Source: Macrostomum lignano
Taxonomy: Eukaryota
Assembly (NCBI GenBank): GCA_002269645.1
Contig: NIVC01001373.1
Location: forward strand, 1-64,000
Reading direction: 5' to 3'
Length of the DNA stretch: 64,000 nucleotides
The notes under the pieces were generated by a model. It was not told the origin of the DNA. It did no database searches and was given only the letters and a program-made list of their open reading frames with translations. This document shows, in pieces, positions 24,248 to 38,120 of the stretch. A program made the position numbers and the translations under genes. Each line of letters begins with the position of its first letter. The stretch's first letter is position 1.

Positions 24248-27004
24248 TGCAGCCAATCTGGAATTAATAATGGAATGCCATAAAAAACTGGGATGCCAAC
24301 TGGCCAACATCCAATTCTAAGAGGGGTATCCAGCGGGTAGTGATGCTTTTGCCAGTAGATTTTAATGCATGCCCAAAATTCAACATATTTGAGGTCATTC
24401 AAAGGTATGCTGTTCTCTAAGTCCTTTTTCTATTGAGTATAGCTCAGGCTGTAGAGGTCTGATTGCAAAGCAGTTTTTTATTAATGCTTTTTTTATACCA
24501 ATTTCTATTAAAGTTATATTATATTATATTAAATGTCTGCATAAAAATGAATTTAACTATGCTCGTATGAATGTCTGCAGCACTGAGGCATGGCAGCATT
24601 TGTGTGATTGGTCTGCATAGTTTAATGGCAAACACTTTCACTATAAAACATTTTGCATAAAATAAGAATTTTGAAATAATACAAAGCATATATAAAAGTT
24701 CTCTATAGAGCCTCTATAGACTAATTTATATTCAAAAAAGGGCTTATAGAACACCTCTTGTATTTGGTCTATAATGGCCCATACAATTACAAAAAGGTTG
24801 TAACTGAAGAAGATCCCTAGCAGCAATTTTGTGCATAGATTAAACTAATGCACTAAGCCCCCATGGGGGCAAACTCAAAATTCAAACATTGAAAGCATGA
24901 AAAAATTGTTTTTTGAATATTTGACTTATTTCCAAATCAATTTTTTCATTGTTCAAAATTTTATATATACTTAGCAACATTGAAAAGTTGCCACTCTATG
25001 CGCCAATGAGCAGTTTCTCTTGGACTATTCTGAAAAAAAGATACAAGAAAACTGATTGGGTAGCTTTAATCCATCTAACAAACCCTCCCACACTGCAACC
25101 CCCCCCCCTACTTCATGCCTCAACTTAAGCCTGCTGCAATGGAGCAAATTGCGTCACTTGCAAAGATGAAAAGACTTTACCTGCACTTTAAAAAGTACTG
25201 ACCACAGACAAAATCTTGTGTGATGGAAAATGTTCAATGTTGCTGAATATATATAAGCACATTTTGAAACTAAGCCCCTAGTAGTGGGCATTTAAAATAA
25301 AAATTGAAACATTGAAAGCATTAAAAGCTTTGTTTTTCAAATATTTGATTCATTAACAATTGCTATAAATATAGATAAACTTTATATACCAATTTTCCAA
25401 ATGAATCTAAATTAATTGGTGCATTAGCTATTGACTGTCCCTATCTACAACTGGGCCACCTGGTGTTGTATTCATGAAATAAGACAAACAAGATTATAGC
25501 AATTTAAGGGGTTGATAAATTTCAAGCCAGCTTTTTAACCCCCTTCCCTCCTATGCATAATTTTTCATCAGTTGTCTATTAGACTGTTTGGTAAACAATA
25601 ATTAAATTCAACCAACCCTACAAATTGCAAGCCTGTTGCACAAAGGGTCATAGAACTCTTTTAGCTTTATTGTGATTATATATCCTACACTGTACATTGG
25701 CCAAGGAGAGGCCTTAATGGTTGAACTAAGCAATTAAATTTAGAAACAGAGCACCCATTGAAAGAAAACATTAAAAATTGTTTTTTAAATATTTGACCCA
25801 CTTTCCATTTGAATTTTTCATCAAAAAGTTTAGTGTGATCCTTGAAAAAATAGGAATTTTTAAAGCTAGTTTGAAAAAAATTGGCCAGATGGTTCTTGAA
25901 AAAATCAATAATAGACAGACAGACAGATAGACAAACAACACAAAATTAGCATATCAATTTTGACAAGGATGCAAGCTAAGATACTGATAAGACTACTCTT
26001 TGGATTATTTTTTATATTGTATTTCTATATTGACTTATAGAATTTTAAAGAGCTGCACACTCTATATCTTACATATTATTCAAATTTGACATTTGCTTAA
26101 TGCAATTAATTATTTAGAAATAACTATGATAACCTATTCTATAAATTTTATACATGTACAACATTGTGTAAATATTCAAGTATATAATAATATTACTAAA
26201 ACTTAATAATAACTAAAACAATATTTAGTATTTAATAACTAGTTATTTTTTGTTTTTGTTTTAATTTGATTCTGCAGCTAGGTGCAGCCAAAATTAGTAA
26301 CTAAGTTTGCTGCTAATTTTTGGAACTGATTTTACAGCTTGAAAAATGTCTTTTCTCATTTAAAAAGACAAATATTAAGCTTAATATATTTGGTAAGACT
26401 ATTTTGATATTGAAAATAATCATTATGTTAAAAGCTTTATAAATTATAATGAAAAATATTCTCCTAAACTTGTTTTGCTTTGATTATTACCTTAATAAAA
26501 ATTTTTAAGTAAGCAAATTACAATAAGAATCTACAATAAAAATGCATTATATATTATTACCTTTAAACTTAAAAAAAGAATATAATTTTAGCTATATTTT
26601 AAATTTAAATGACAATAAAATTGAGCAAAGCATAAAACTTAAAAGCACAAATCTAGGTTTATATGTTAAAAATGTAAATTTATACTCAGGCACAGCCACA
26701 ACCTAGCAATTTACTTGGCTATTTTTATTGATAATACACAACACTCTATAGTTTATATAAAATTTGTATAGAATTAGAAATATATAACATATATATATAT
26801 ATATATTACCAAAAGCTGATACTTTAAGATTTCTATAAAATCAGTTTAATTATATATAATACTAAATTTTTTATGATTATTATACAAATTTATTTTAAAT
26901 TTATACAAACCTTGAAATTATATATAATAAAAACTAACTAATAACCTTTTTTTCTAAGTAATTTTAAGCTAAAGAAATCTCAATCTAAAGCAATCTACAA
27001 AATA

Positions 27005-27231
27005 GGGCCTTTTCATATTACCAATTCCAGAACCAGAATTGGTTCGGAATTCCAAGAAAAACAGCAGTATAACTATTAAACTCTGCACAATTTTTCACTT
27101 TCTTCTTGGCGATTGTCATTCAATAATAGAAACTTTATAGCATAGATTTCCCTCTAGTTATGGAGACAAAAAGTTATACTTCACAAATTGGTTCTGGTTC
27201 TGGAACCAGAGCAAGCAATATGAAAAGGTCC
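27005..27231. mobile_element. 227-bp MITE, PIF/Harbinger-like
   Basis: TIR GGGCCTTTTCATATT / AATATGAAAAGGTCC plus subterminal TTCCAGAACCAGAA / TTCTGGTTCTGGAA; 3-bp TSD ATA/ATA. Confidence 0.6.
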
Positions 27232-28002
27232 ATAGTCAATGCTATTAACTTATACTGTATTGTTAATTTTTTTAAATAGCAAATAAAGGTAACAAAGCTC
27301 TATACTTTACAAGAATTAATAATCATTTAGAAAATAGACACCTATTGATTTGAAAGCTAAAAAATTATCTTAGGCAAAATTTCTACTAGTGTAAGCTATG
27401 ACACACTACTTTTGGTAATGCCTAGAGTTAGAAAAAATCTTGGCATTATTTTGGATGACAGTCAGCTTAATGTACCAGTTTTGGTAGATATCACCATTGG
27501 CATTGAAACTTGTCTCCATTTTATGAAATTATTTTTGACATCTCAATTATTCTGTTCAAACACAAGAACCCACAACCTTTATATCAGATAAACACTATAT
27601 TATCAGTTATATATGTAAGGTTACTTCGTCTACATGTAGCTAGCCTAATTTGACCGAAAGCGTGCGTGTACGAAATAATCAATTAAATTGGCTTTTGCGA
27701 AAGTTAACTTTTAAATTTCTGCTAAGTGCATAATAAACATATTGCGTCACCACAGACAGATAAATGGGAGTATGTTTCTGATACAATGTTAAGCAATATT
27801 TTTACTTACGTTTTTTTATAGCTCTTGCATCTGAATCAGATGGTTACTTATTGATATTTTTTGTTTGTTCATTACTCAAGAATGCTGGAAATTAAACGAA
27901 ATCTTATAAATATAAGCATTACGCGGGATGTTAACAACTTGGTACCAAAATGGAAACATCACATGTACCAGAGCGGCGCTTTTGCTTTCGGGTCCCCTAG
28001 TG

Positions 28003-28060
28003 CAGGGGTCGCCACATGCGGCCCTCGAAGCCTCTCTATCCGGCTCTCGGGTCCTTTAAA
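28003..28060 (+). mobile_element. Solo hAT (Charlie-like) left-end fragment
   Basis: CAGGGGTCGCCACATGCGGCCCTCG resembles hAT termini; no partner end found. Confidence 0.3.
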
Positions 28061-28827
28061 ACTTTAGAATATAATATAGAATAGAATATAAGCAATCTGA
28101 CCCGCTCAAGATTTTTATCTTTTCTCAGCTCTCTTCTCTTCGAGCTTCTCTCTCTTCTTTCCCCTTTTAAATTCTCTCTATTATCTCTCTCCTCTCTCCC
28201 CTAACCCCTCGATCCCCTCTCCGCTCTCCCCTCTCTCGTCTCTAATTCTCTCCTCTTTAAATTTTTTTCTCCTCCTATCTCCCGCTTCTTTCTTCTATCA
28301 TCAGTCATCTCTCATCTACGATTAATTCCCTTTCCTTTCCACTTTCATCAGGCCCGCAGCCATGAGCTGGATTCTCTATCTGGGTCTGGCCATTGAGGTA
28401 AAAATGTGTGCCGATGCCGACCCCTGCTGTAATTAGCGATTGAAATCCTATCTGCTTGTGTCTCGCTAGCTAGACCTGTGGGAAAATATGCAATGAAGAG
28501 GGATCTCATTTTTCAACTTAAAGCTCCAGAATGGAAGTGATGTATAGAGCGGCGCTTCACATTTGACTTTAAAAGTTTACAATTACGTATCTTGACCAAA
28601 AACAGACAACTCATCCTTTTGTTATGCTTTTAAGCTTTTTTCGTCATAGATTTTCCACACGCATTTTCCATGCGTCATGTCATGTTATGTGGCATGTTTG
28701 CCACAATGCCACGTCAAATCACCCAAAAGTCAACTCTCATGATGACACAAATTCAATAAAATTATCGTAAAAAAAGACCGAAACGACACCTTGGAATAAA
28801 TTGTTCTCCTTTGTTTTACTATGCCAA

Positions 28828-28898
28828 GCATCGGTGGTTCAGTGGTAGAATGCTCGCCTGCCACGCGGGCGGCCCGGGTTCGATTCCCGGCCGATGCA
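28828..28898 (+). tRNA. tRNA-Gly-GCC: tRNA-Gly (anticodon GCC)
   Basis: GCATCGG/CCGATGC acceptor stem, D-arm TGGTTCAGTGGTAGAA, anticodon loop CTGCCAC, T-arm GGTTCGATTCC; Pol III terminator T6 at 28901-28906. Confidence 0.98.
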
Positions 28899-30250
28899 AA
28901 TTTTTTAGTAATTGTCTTTATCCAGCTCTCGTGATAATTTTCCGACATTTTTGCATATCGTAACAGAAAATAATAATTTTTTTGTTTTGTCACAGCGTCG
29001 TTATTTCACGAATAAACATTTTTTTATACTTTGTGTCCACTTTCTGCAGTTTACTGCATACTCTACTAACAACAGGAGCGTTGGAAAATAATTGTCTTGG
29101 TCTTGAACTCCGAGTAAAAAAAGCCATTTACTAGCATGCATTCCAAAACTCATAAAAATTGATGAACCGCTTTATTAGGCAGAAACTGCAGCTTCGGCAC
29201 TCCGCCAGTGCTAGGGACTGCTATAATTACTCTTGACGGTATTCTAAATATTTGTCCGCCAACGCGAGCGCCGCCAAAAAAGCGTTCTGTCTCTGTTCTC
29301 TGTACAGATCGCTTGTTGCACATCTGCTGCAAGCAAGGCCTTCAAACCCGGATATTGCGACCCCCTGCATGCATTAGTTAACTGCTTAATTGATGCACCG
29401 TGGGTTCTCTGTCTCTGCTAGCCAAGTGTTTTGCAAGTATATTGCCTGCGGGCCACTGACTGAATTGGGGGGGGGGGATTATTAGGAGAAGAAAAGGATT
29501 CCATGCAAACTGCACAGCATCGCGGGGGGGGGAAACAACTGCTGCAGTTTCAGTCCCTCGCGCTCACGGGGAGGCGAGGGGGGGGCTGCTGACAAATATT
29601 TTTGCTGCAGCCTCATCCACTGGGGCAATAGTTTATACGCCTGCCCAGCTGAACCTGGCAAATTTTAGGGATTAGGCAAAGCAAGATGATCTGCCATGGG
29701 AGCCTGGGATACCTGATGGTATAGCACAGGCTGATTGCGTATTACCTGACAAATGCACCAGTAGCTCCCGAGCCTGCGATGATAGGGCCATGATGAAGAT
29801 GATGAGGATTGAGGATTCTGGAACGCATTCGCCCGCTGCTGCTGCTGTGAGAGAGAGAGATGCATCGAGCCACTTGGCGCAAAGATTCGGATTCGGGGCA
29901 GTAAAAAATCAAATCACTTTAAAAAAATCACGCCCGTGCATGAGCGATGCAGCAGCTTAAGGCTCTGAAGCTCGCAATATCTGCATGCGATTTGATTGGC
30001 AACTTCTGCGGCATGCCGGGCGTCGCGTGACCGGCTGTGGGTGTTGATTTAGCAAATTTTGCTTCCAGCAGCAGATGTGGCGTATCGCAAATTGCTGTGC
30101 AAATTTGCCATTTTTTACTCTTTAAAATTGCCATGCAACAGCACTTGCTCTGCGCGTTCCCATGCGATACAAATGGCTGCGAGGGTAATTTGGGTGACTG
30201 CACTCGGCAGTTCCGATGCCTGCTTTCCTGTTCCTGTCTGCTTTTTGGGG

Positions 30251-30967
<717 letters not shown>

Positions 30968-31560
30968 AGTGTCGGGGGTTACCATACCCAAACCACAATT
31001 TTTCATCACCAGATACCCGTGTGCATCGGTGATTTCAAAATCGCGGATTCAGGCCAGCGCTGAAGAGTAACAATTCCAATCAAGTCTGCTAATTTAAGAC
31101 CCCCCTGGAGGCGGGGCGGCCAGGTCACTGAGCAGCAAAAGCCGACCCGATGCGTACGGCGGCTAGCGCGAGCTCATTAAATCACGAGCCCGAGCGGCTG
31201 CCTCCTTTAGTGATTTTATTCGCTTCGACTGTCCCCCGCCTGCCCGGCCCCAGAGCTCTCCGCATGGAAACTGCTTCTTCCGCCTTCATAATTCTCTCCA
31301 TTCTGACCTCCCCTTTTTATTCCTTGTGAAAGGGGAAATTTATTGAAGCGGTGCGGCGAGACCGGGGCGGCTAAGAAATTTTATTTTCTCTCGCAGTAAA
31401 AGCAGAATCCTCAGTGAAATGCGACTCCTTGGCGCATTTTCCTGGTGCTGTTCAATCCTAAAACTCTAAAGCAATGCAAATCGAAAAAAATTCTGTCGCT
31501 AGGCATTTTGATCTGCATCATTTTTATCCAGCTCTGAAAATATGCTTAGCACTACTGAAG

Positions 31561-34067
31561 CTTCATTCCGGCTAGCCTGAGGCCAGTGCTAAGCTACTAA
31601 TGAATTTCACTCATTCCGGCTAGCCTGAGGCCAGTGCTAAGCTACCTGGTACTATAATGAATTTCATTCCGGCTAGCCTGAGGCCAGTGCTAAGCTACTA
31701 TAATGAATTTCATTCCGGCTAGCTTGAGGCCAGTGCTAAGCTACTAATGAATTTCACTCATTCCGGCTAGCCTGAGGCCAGTGCTAAGCTACTATAATGA
31801 ATTTCATTCCGGCTAGCTTGAGGCCAGTGCTAAGCTACTATAATGAATTTCATTCCGGCTAGCCTGAGGCCAGTGCTAAGCTACTAATGAATTTCACTCA
31901 TTCCGGCTAGCCTGAGGCCAGTGCTAAGCTACTAATGAATTTCATTCCGGCTAGCCTGAGGCCAGTGCTAAGCTACTAATGAATTTCACTCATTCCGGCT
32001 AGCCTGAGGCCTTGACTTACTTGACTTAGCTGCAGGGCTGTCCCGGAGGGGACACAGCGGGAAGGCGCGGGCGCCCATTCCGCTAGTCCCTGAACGGCCG
32101 ACGCGTCGCTATGGACGGAGGGTTGGCGCCGCCCAGGGAGGTCCCCCAGTGTCGCCAGCAGCTATGGTGCTCTCTTGAAAGGAGAGTTCAGCCCTGCGGG
32201 TGGCCCGAAGGTAGCGCATGAGCTGATTAAAGTTTTCGGGTTTGCACGCTTCAGTAATAGATGTGTGTGGCCCGAGGTAAGTGAGTCTGGCCCGCGTGAA
32301 GGCGGGACAGATGCTGACGAAATGCTCAGCGGTTTCGTCACCTGAGTTGCAGAAACTACAGGTGGCGTTGGTGGCGTTGCCCTGCAGGTACTGGTGCCTG
32401 GAGAAGCAGCCGTGACCAGAGAGGGTCATGGTGGCAGCCCGGATGTCTCTGCGCGAGAGGCGCAAGAGGAGCTTCCGGAGCTGGTGAGAGGGCTGAGGGA
32501 CAGCGCCTCTGGATTGCCTGCAGTTCGTGCGGTTCGCCCAAGTCGAGCGGTGCTGAGTCCTGATCCACGCTTTGATGCGCGAGTCGATGACACAGCCAGG
32601 AATCGGGACAAGAGGTTCGGGGCCGAGAGAGGAGCCGGAGGCACCAACTTTTGCAAGGGTGTCAGCCAACTCATTTCCTCGGATCCCCACATGCCCCGGA
32701 ACCCACTTAAGGGTAATTTTGTTGGCGGAACCCAACACATTGAGGAGTTTGATACAGTCAAGGACTGTAGCAGAGTTGGTGCTGCAGCCACTGATGGCGT
32801 GCAAGGCAGCTTGGCTGTCCGAGGCCAGTGCTAAGCTACTAATGAATTTCACTCATTCCGGCTAGCCTGAGGCCAGTGCTAAGCTACTATAATGAATTTC
32901 ATTCCGGCTAGCTTGAGGCCAGTGCTAAGCTACTATAATGAATTTCATTCCGGCTAGCCTGAGGCCAGTGCTAAGCTACTATAATGAATTTCATTCCGGC
33001 TAGCTTGAGGCCAGTGCTAAGCTACTAATGAATTTCACTCATTCCGGCTAGCCTGAGGCCAGTGCTAAGCTACTAATGAATTTCACTCCGGCTAGCCTGA
33101 GGCCAGTGCTAAGCTACTATAATGAATTTCATTCCGGCTAGCCTGAGGCCAGTGCTAAGCTACTATAATGAATTTCATTCCGGCTAGCTTGAGGCCAGTG
33201 CTGAGCTACTAATGAATTTCACTCATTCCGGCTAGCCTGAGGCCAGTGCTAAGCTACTAATGAATTTCACTCCGGCTAGCCTGAGGCCAGTGCTAAGCTA
33301 CTATAATGAATTTCATTCCGGCTAGCCTGAGGCCAGTGCTAAGCTACTATAATGAATTTCATTCCGGCTAGCTTGAGGCCAGTGCTAAGCTACTAATGAA
33401 TTTCACTCATTCCGGCTAGCCTGAGGCCAGTGCTAAGCTACTAATGAATTTCACTCCGGCTAGCCTGAGGCCAGTGCTAAGCTACTATAATGAATTTCAT
33501 TCCGGCTAGCCTGAGGCCAGTGCTAAGCTACTATAATGAATTTCATTCCGGCTAGCTTGAGGCCAGTGCTAAGCTACTAATGAATTTCACTCATTCCGGC
33601 TAGCCTGAGGCCAGTGCTAAGCTACTAATGAATTTCACTCCGGCTAGCCTGAGGCCAGTGCTAAGCTACTATAATGAATTTCATTCCGGCTAGCCTGAGG
33701 CCAGTGCTAAGCTACTATAATGAATTTCATTCCGGCTAGCTTGAGGCCAGTGCTAAGCTACTAATGAATTTCACTCATTCCGGCTAGCCTGAGGCCAGTG
33801 CTAAGCTACTAATGAATTTCACTCCGGCTAGCCTGAGGCCAGTGCTAAGCTACTATAATGAATTTCATTCCGGCTAGCCTGAGGCCAGTGCTAAGCTACT
33901 ATAATGAATTTCATTCCGGCTAGCTTGAGGCCAGTGCTAAGCTACTAATGAATTTCACTCATTCCGGCTAGCCTGAGGCCAGTGCTAAGCTACTATAATG
34001 AATTTCATTCCGGCTAGCCTGAGGCCAGTGCTAAGCTACTATAATGAGTTTCATTCCGGCTAGCCTG
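31561..34067. repeat. 44-48-bp minisatellite (GAGGCCAGTGCTAAGCTACTAATGAATTTCACTCATTCCGGCTAGCCT) split by a LINE insertion
   Basis: The same unit family flanks both sides of 32012-32820; a 184-bp higher-order repeat is present in the right arm. Confidence 0.95.
32012..32820 (-). mobile_element. 5'-truncated non-LTR retrotransposon (I group, Loa/Lian-like): RNase H, CCHC knuckle and 3' UTR
   Basis: Uninterrupted ORF with SDSQAAL, WVPGHVGIRGNELADTLAK, GPEP, SGHG and CSFC...ETAEH...CP; stop at 32111-32109; 3' tail AAGTCAAGTAAGTCAA; TSD GAGGCC at 32006-32011 and 32821-32826. Confidence 0.9.
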
Positions 34068-35077
34068 ATGCTATTCTGACTCATCTGATCCCTTTCTGAC
34101 GCCCTTGACGAGTCATTTTTGAGCTGTCTCGTCAGCAGACTAGCGGTGATTTTACGCATTTGCAATGAAAATCGATTTCCAAGCAAGCCCAGCGCAAGCG
34201 GGTCTCGCCTTACAAAGAATTGATTGCGCTCCAATCAAGCTGTGAGCACCTGGAGTTCCCCCACCTGCTCGCCCACTAAGCATGGAAAGTGCATGGCTTG
34301 GACTTCATCCAATCCTGCAGGCTTCTTCTATGGAAATCGCTGTATTTACCAGCGCTGAAGCCGCGGTAGGTAGGCAGAAGCTCGATGGTAATGGCAGTCC
34401 CCTCCGTGACAGGTTGGTTACTTTCAAGCCAACCTCCACTTCGCTCTTACACACTTAACAAGCCAGCCGTGCCACTTTCGCCTCCGTGGAAACTTGCCTC
34501 GCGTCCCAAAAATATCATCTGTTTATTTTCCCACCCTTGACGGCTCTCGCGCCTGGTTGCGGCGCCTCTCTCTCTCTCTGTCCATTTTCCATTTCCACCT
34601 TTCACTTACCGGTGAGGGGGGTTCCGCCTCTCCAATGCATACTCTCTATGGGCTCGGCCTGTTTGAGAGTGCGGACAGTGGATTGGGTGGATATTTGGGA
34701 AGAAGTTAGTGAGTGATTTTGAACGCGTTCGGACTTGGGTTGGGACATCCGTCCATCTTGGCCGGCTCCGCAGGTCCCTCTCTGCCTGCGCCTGCTAGTC
34801 GGACCTAATTAAATTGAAGCAGAAGTTTTCCGCACCCGTCACACGGCAGCTCCCCGAAGCCTTCAAACGCTTTGCGTCGAAACCCACCAGTCTCTCTCTC
34901 TCTCTCTCTCTCTCTTTCTACACGGCGAGATTGCGTGCGAAAGTGCTGACCTTTGCGAAATCTCGGTGTTTAAGCCGGGGGCGGTGTCAAACATGCGTGG
35001 GGCTGCAAATACGTTTGATGCTGGGTAGTGGAGAGGGAGAGGGGAGTAAGCCAAACATATCAGCATATCCGCTAGAG

Positions 35078-35226
<149 letters not shown>

Positions 35227-35344
35227 GGCCTACCTGCCTGCTGCCTGCCTGCTGCCTGCCGCAACACACTGCATATATTCTCCTCGCACTTTTCCGCTGG
35301 TGCGACTGTAAGTGAGACAGCTAGCGTACCCGAGTCTGAGATGG

Positions 35345-35735
35345 TAGGGAGATAGGGATGGGGAGATTTGGGAATGGTAATATTTGGGGATGGGGAGATA
35401 GGGGGGTGGGGGAGATAGGGGAATGGGGTGGGAAATAGGGGGATGGGGAGATAGGCGGATGGAAAGAATGGGGAGATAGAGGGATGGAGAGATAAGGCGA
35501 TGGGGAGATAGGGGGATGGAGATAGGTTTGGGGAGATAGGGGAATGGGGGATGGGAAATAGGGGGATGGAGAAAATGGGGAGATAAAGGGATAGGGATAT
35601 AAGGGGATGGGGATGGGGAGATAAGGGTATGGGGAGATAGGGGGACAACAGACACTAAGACGGACACTAAGACATACACTAGGACGGACACTATGACGGA
35701 CACTAAGACGGACACTAAGACGGACACTCTGACAG
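35345..35735. repeat. G-rich GGGGAGATAG-type degenerate repeat followed by a 12-bp GACACTAAGACG repeat
   Basis: Direct reading; the two blocks abut at ~35647. Confidence 0.85.
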
Positions 35736-36189
35736 ACACCATTAAGACATATAGGCGCTAAGACAGACAACCAAACATCCAGACTACATGGCAACTACTA
35801 GCACTGACTGATCACGCGGGTCAGAGCAAACCCGATATCCGTAGCTACTGAAAGATGCTCAAGCAAATTAACAAAATCGACTCAAGGTGTCGGGTTGCTC
35901 TCGGAGTGAATCGCTCACTAAAAGGTGTCGCAATTAAAGCAGGTTTAATCGCCGATTGCTCTCCAGACATCCATCGCAATGGCAGGCAGCGGCAGTGTTA
36001 GCTTTGAAAAAGAACCCTGCGCCCTGGACTTCAGTCTGTGGTGTTGAATTTCAATACGAGCTGACTACAGGACTAAACTGATGCAGCGAGCACAGGAATG
36101 GACAATTAAATGGTGCTTTTTTAACAACTGACTCTTCTGCTAATGATCAATGTGGCTGGTACAGTCTCGGAGTGAAACTGGCTGAAACT

Positions 36190-37260
36190 GGCATAGTGAG
36201 ACTGGCAGAATCTCATAGGGAGACTGGCTAAAGTACTGGCAGAATCTCTCAGTGAGACTAGCAAAATCTCACTGAGACTGACAGAATCTCACTGAGACTG
36301 ACAGAATCTCACTGAGACTGACAGAATCTAACAGTGAGACTGGCTGAATCTCACAGTGAGACTTGCAGAATTTCACAGTAAGACTGGCAGAATCTCACTG
36401 AGACTGACAGAATCTGACAGTGAGACTGACAGAATCTCACAGTGAGACTGGCTGAATCTCACAGTGAGACTGGCTGAATCTCACAGTGAGACTGGCAGAA
36501 TCTCACAGTGAGACTGGCAGAATCTCACAGTGAAACTGGCAGAATCTCTCAGTGAGACTGGCTGAATCTCACAGTGAGACTGGCAGAATCTCTCAGTGAG
36601 ACTGGCTGAATCTCTCCGTGAGACTAGCAAAATCTCACTGAGACTGACAGAATCTCACTGAGACTGACAGAATCTAACAGTGAGACTGGCTGAATCTCAC
36701 AGTGAGACTTGCAGAATCTCACAGTAAGACTGGCAGAATCTCACTGAGACTGACAGAATCTGACAGTGAGACTGACAGAATCTCACAGTGAGACTGGCTG
36801 AATCTCACAGTGAGACTGGCTGAATCTCACAGTGAAACTGGCAGAATCTCACAGTGAGACTGGCAGAATCTCACAGTGAAACTGGCAGAATCTCTCAGTG
36901 AGACTGGCTGAATCTCACAGTGAGACTGGCAGAATCTCTCAGTGAGACTGGCTGAATCTCTCAGTGAGACTAGCAAAATCTCACTGAGACTGACAGAATC
37001 TCACTGAGACTGACAGAATCTAACAGTGAGACTGGCTGAATCTCACAGTGAGACTTGCAGAATCTCACAGTAAGACTGGCAGAATCTCACTGAGACTGAC
37101 AGAATCTGACAGTGAGACTGGCAGAATCTCACAGTGAGACTGGCAGAATCTCACAGTGAGACTGGCAGAATCTCACAGTGAGACTGGCAGAATCTCACAG
37201 TGAGACTGGCAGAATCTCACAGTGAAACTGGCAGAATCTCACAGTGAGACTGGCTAATGG
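36190..37260. repeat. 22/20-bp minisatellite (GAGACTGGCAGAATCTCACAGT), ~50 copies
   Basis: Direct reading; variant blocks recur every ~350 bp. Confidence 0.95.
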
Positions 37261-37669
37261 ACTGGCACAGAGCAAACATGCATCGCAGTCGCTTGGTTAG
37301 AAAATATTTTCAGCAAAGTCGCTCACGCGATCCGCCATTCAAATTGTTCAAAATACTCGTAGCCCACGCATCTTCAGTCTGCAGGCAGTTGAGTGCCAGA
37401 AATTCCGCCAACACAAAAGCGACAATCCAATGAGCCGCTGGGAGTGTCGATGCAGATTGCTCTGCTGCTCCGCTGGCTGGAGCGGCCGGTTTGTCAAACC
37501 CCGTCTACGCCCCCGCTGGTTCTCATGACTGTGGGGATGTGTCTGATTAGTGCACGCTTTATTTGAGCCTGCGGTATTAACACGCATCTCCGTAGCACTT
37601 CTTGATGGGCTGCCCACTCCAGATTACTGCCTCTGTTGGTGTAAAATAGAATCTTTGCAGTTTCCTGAG

Positions 37670-38120
<451 letters not shown>

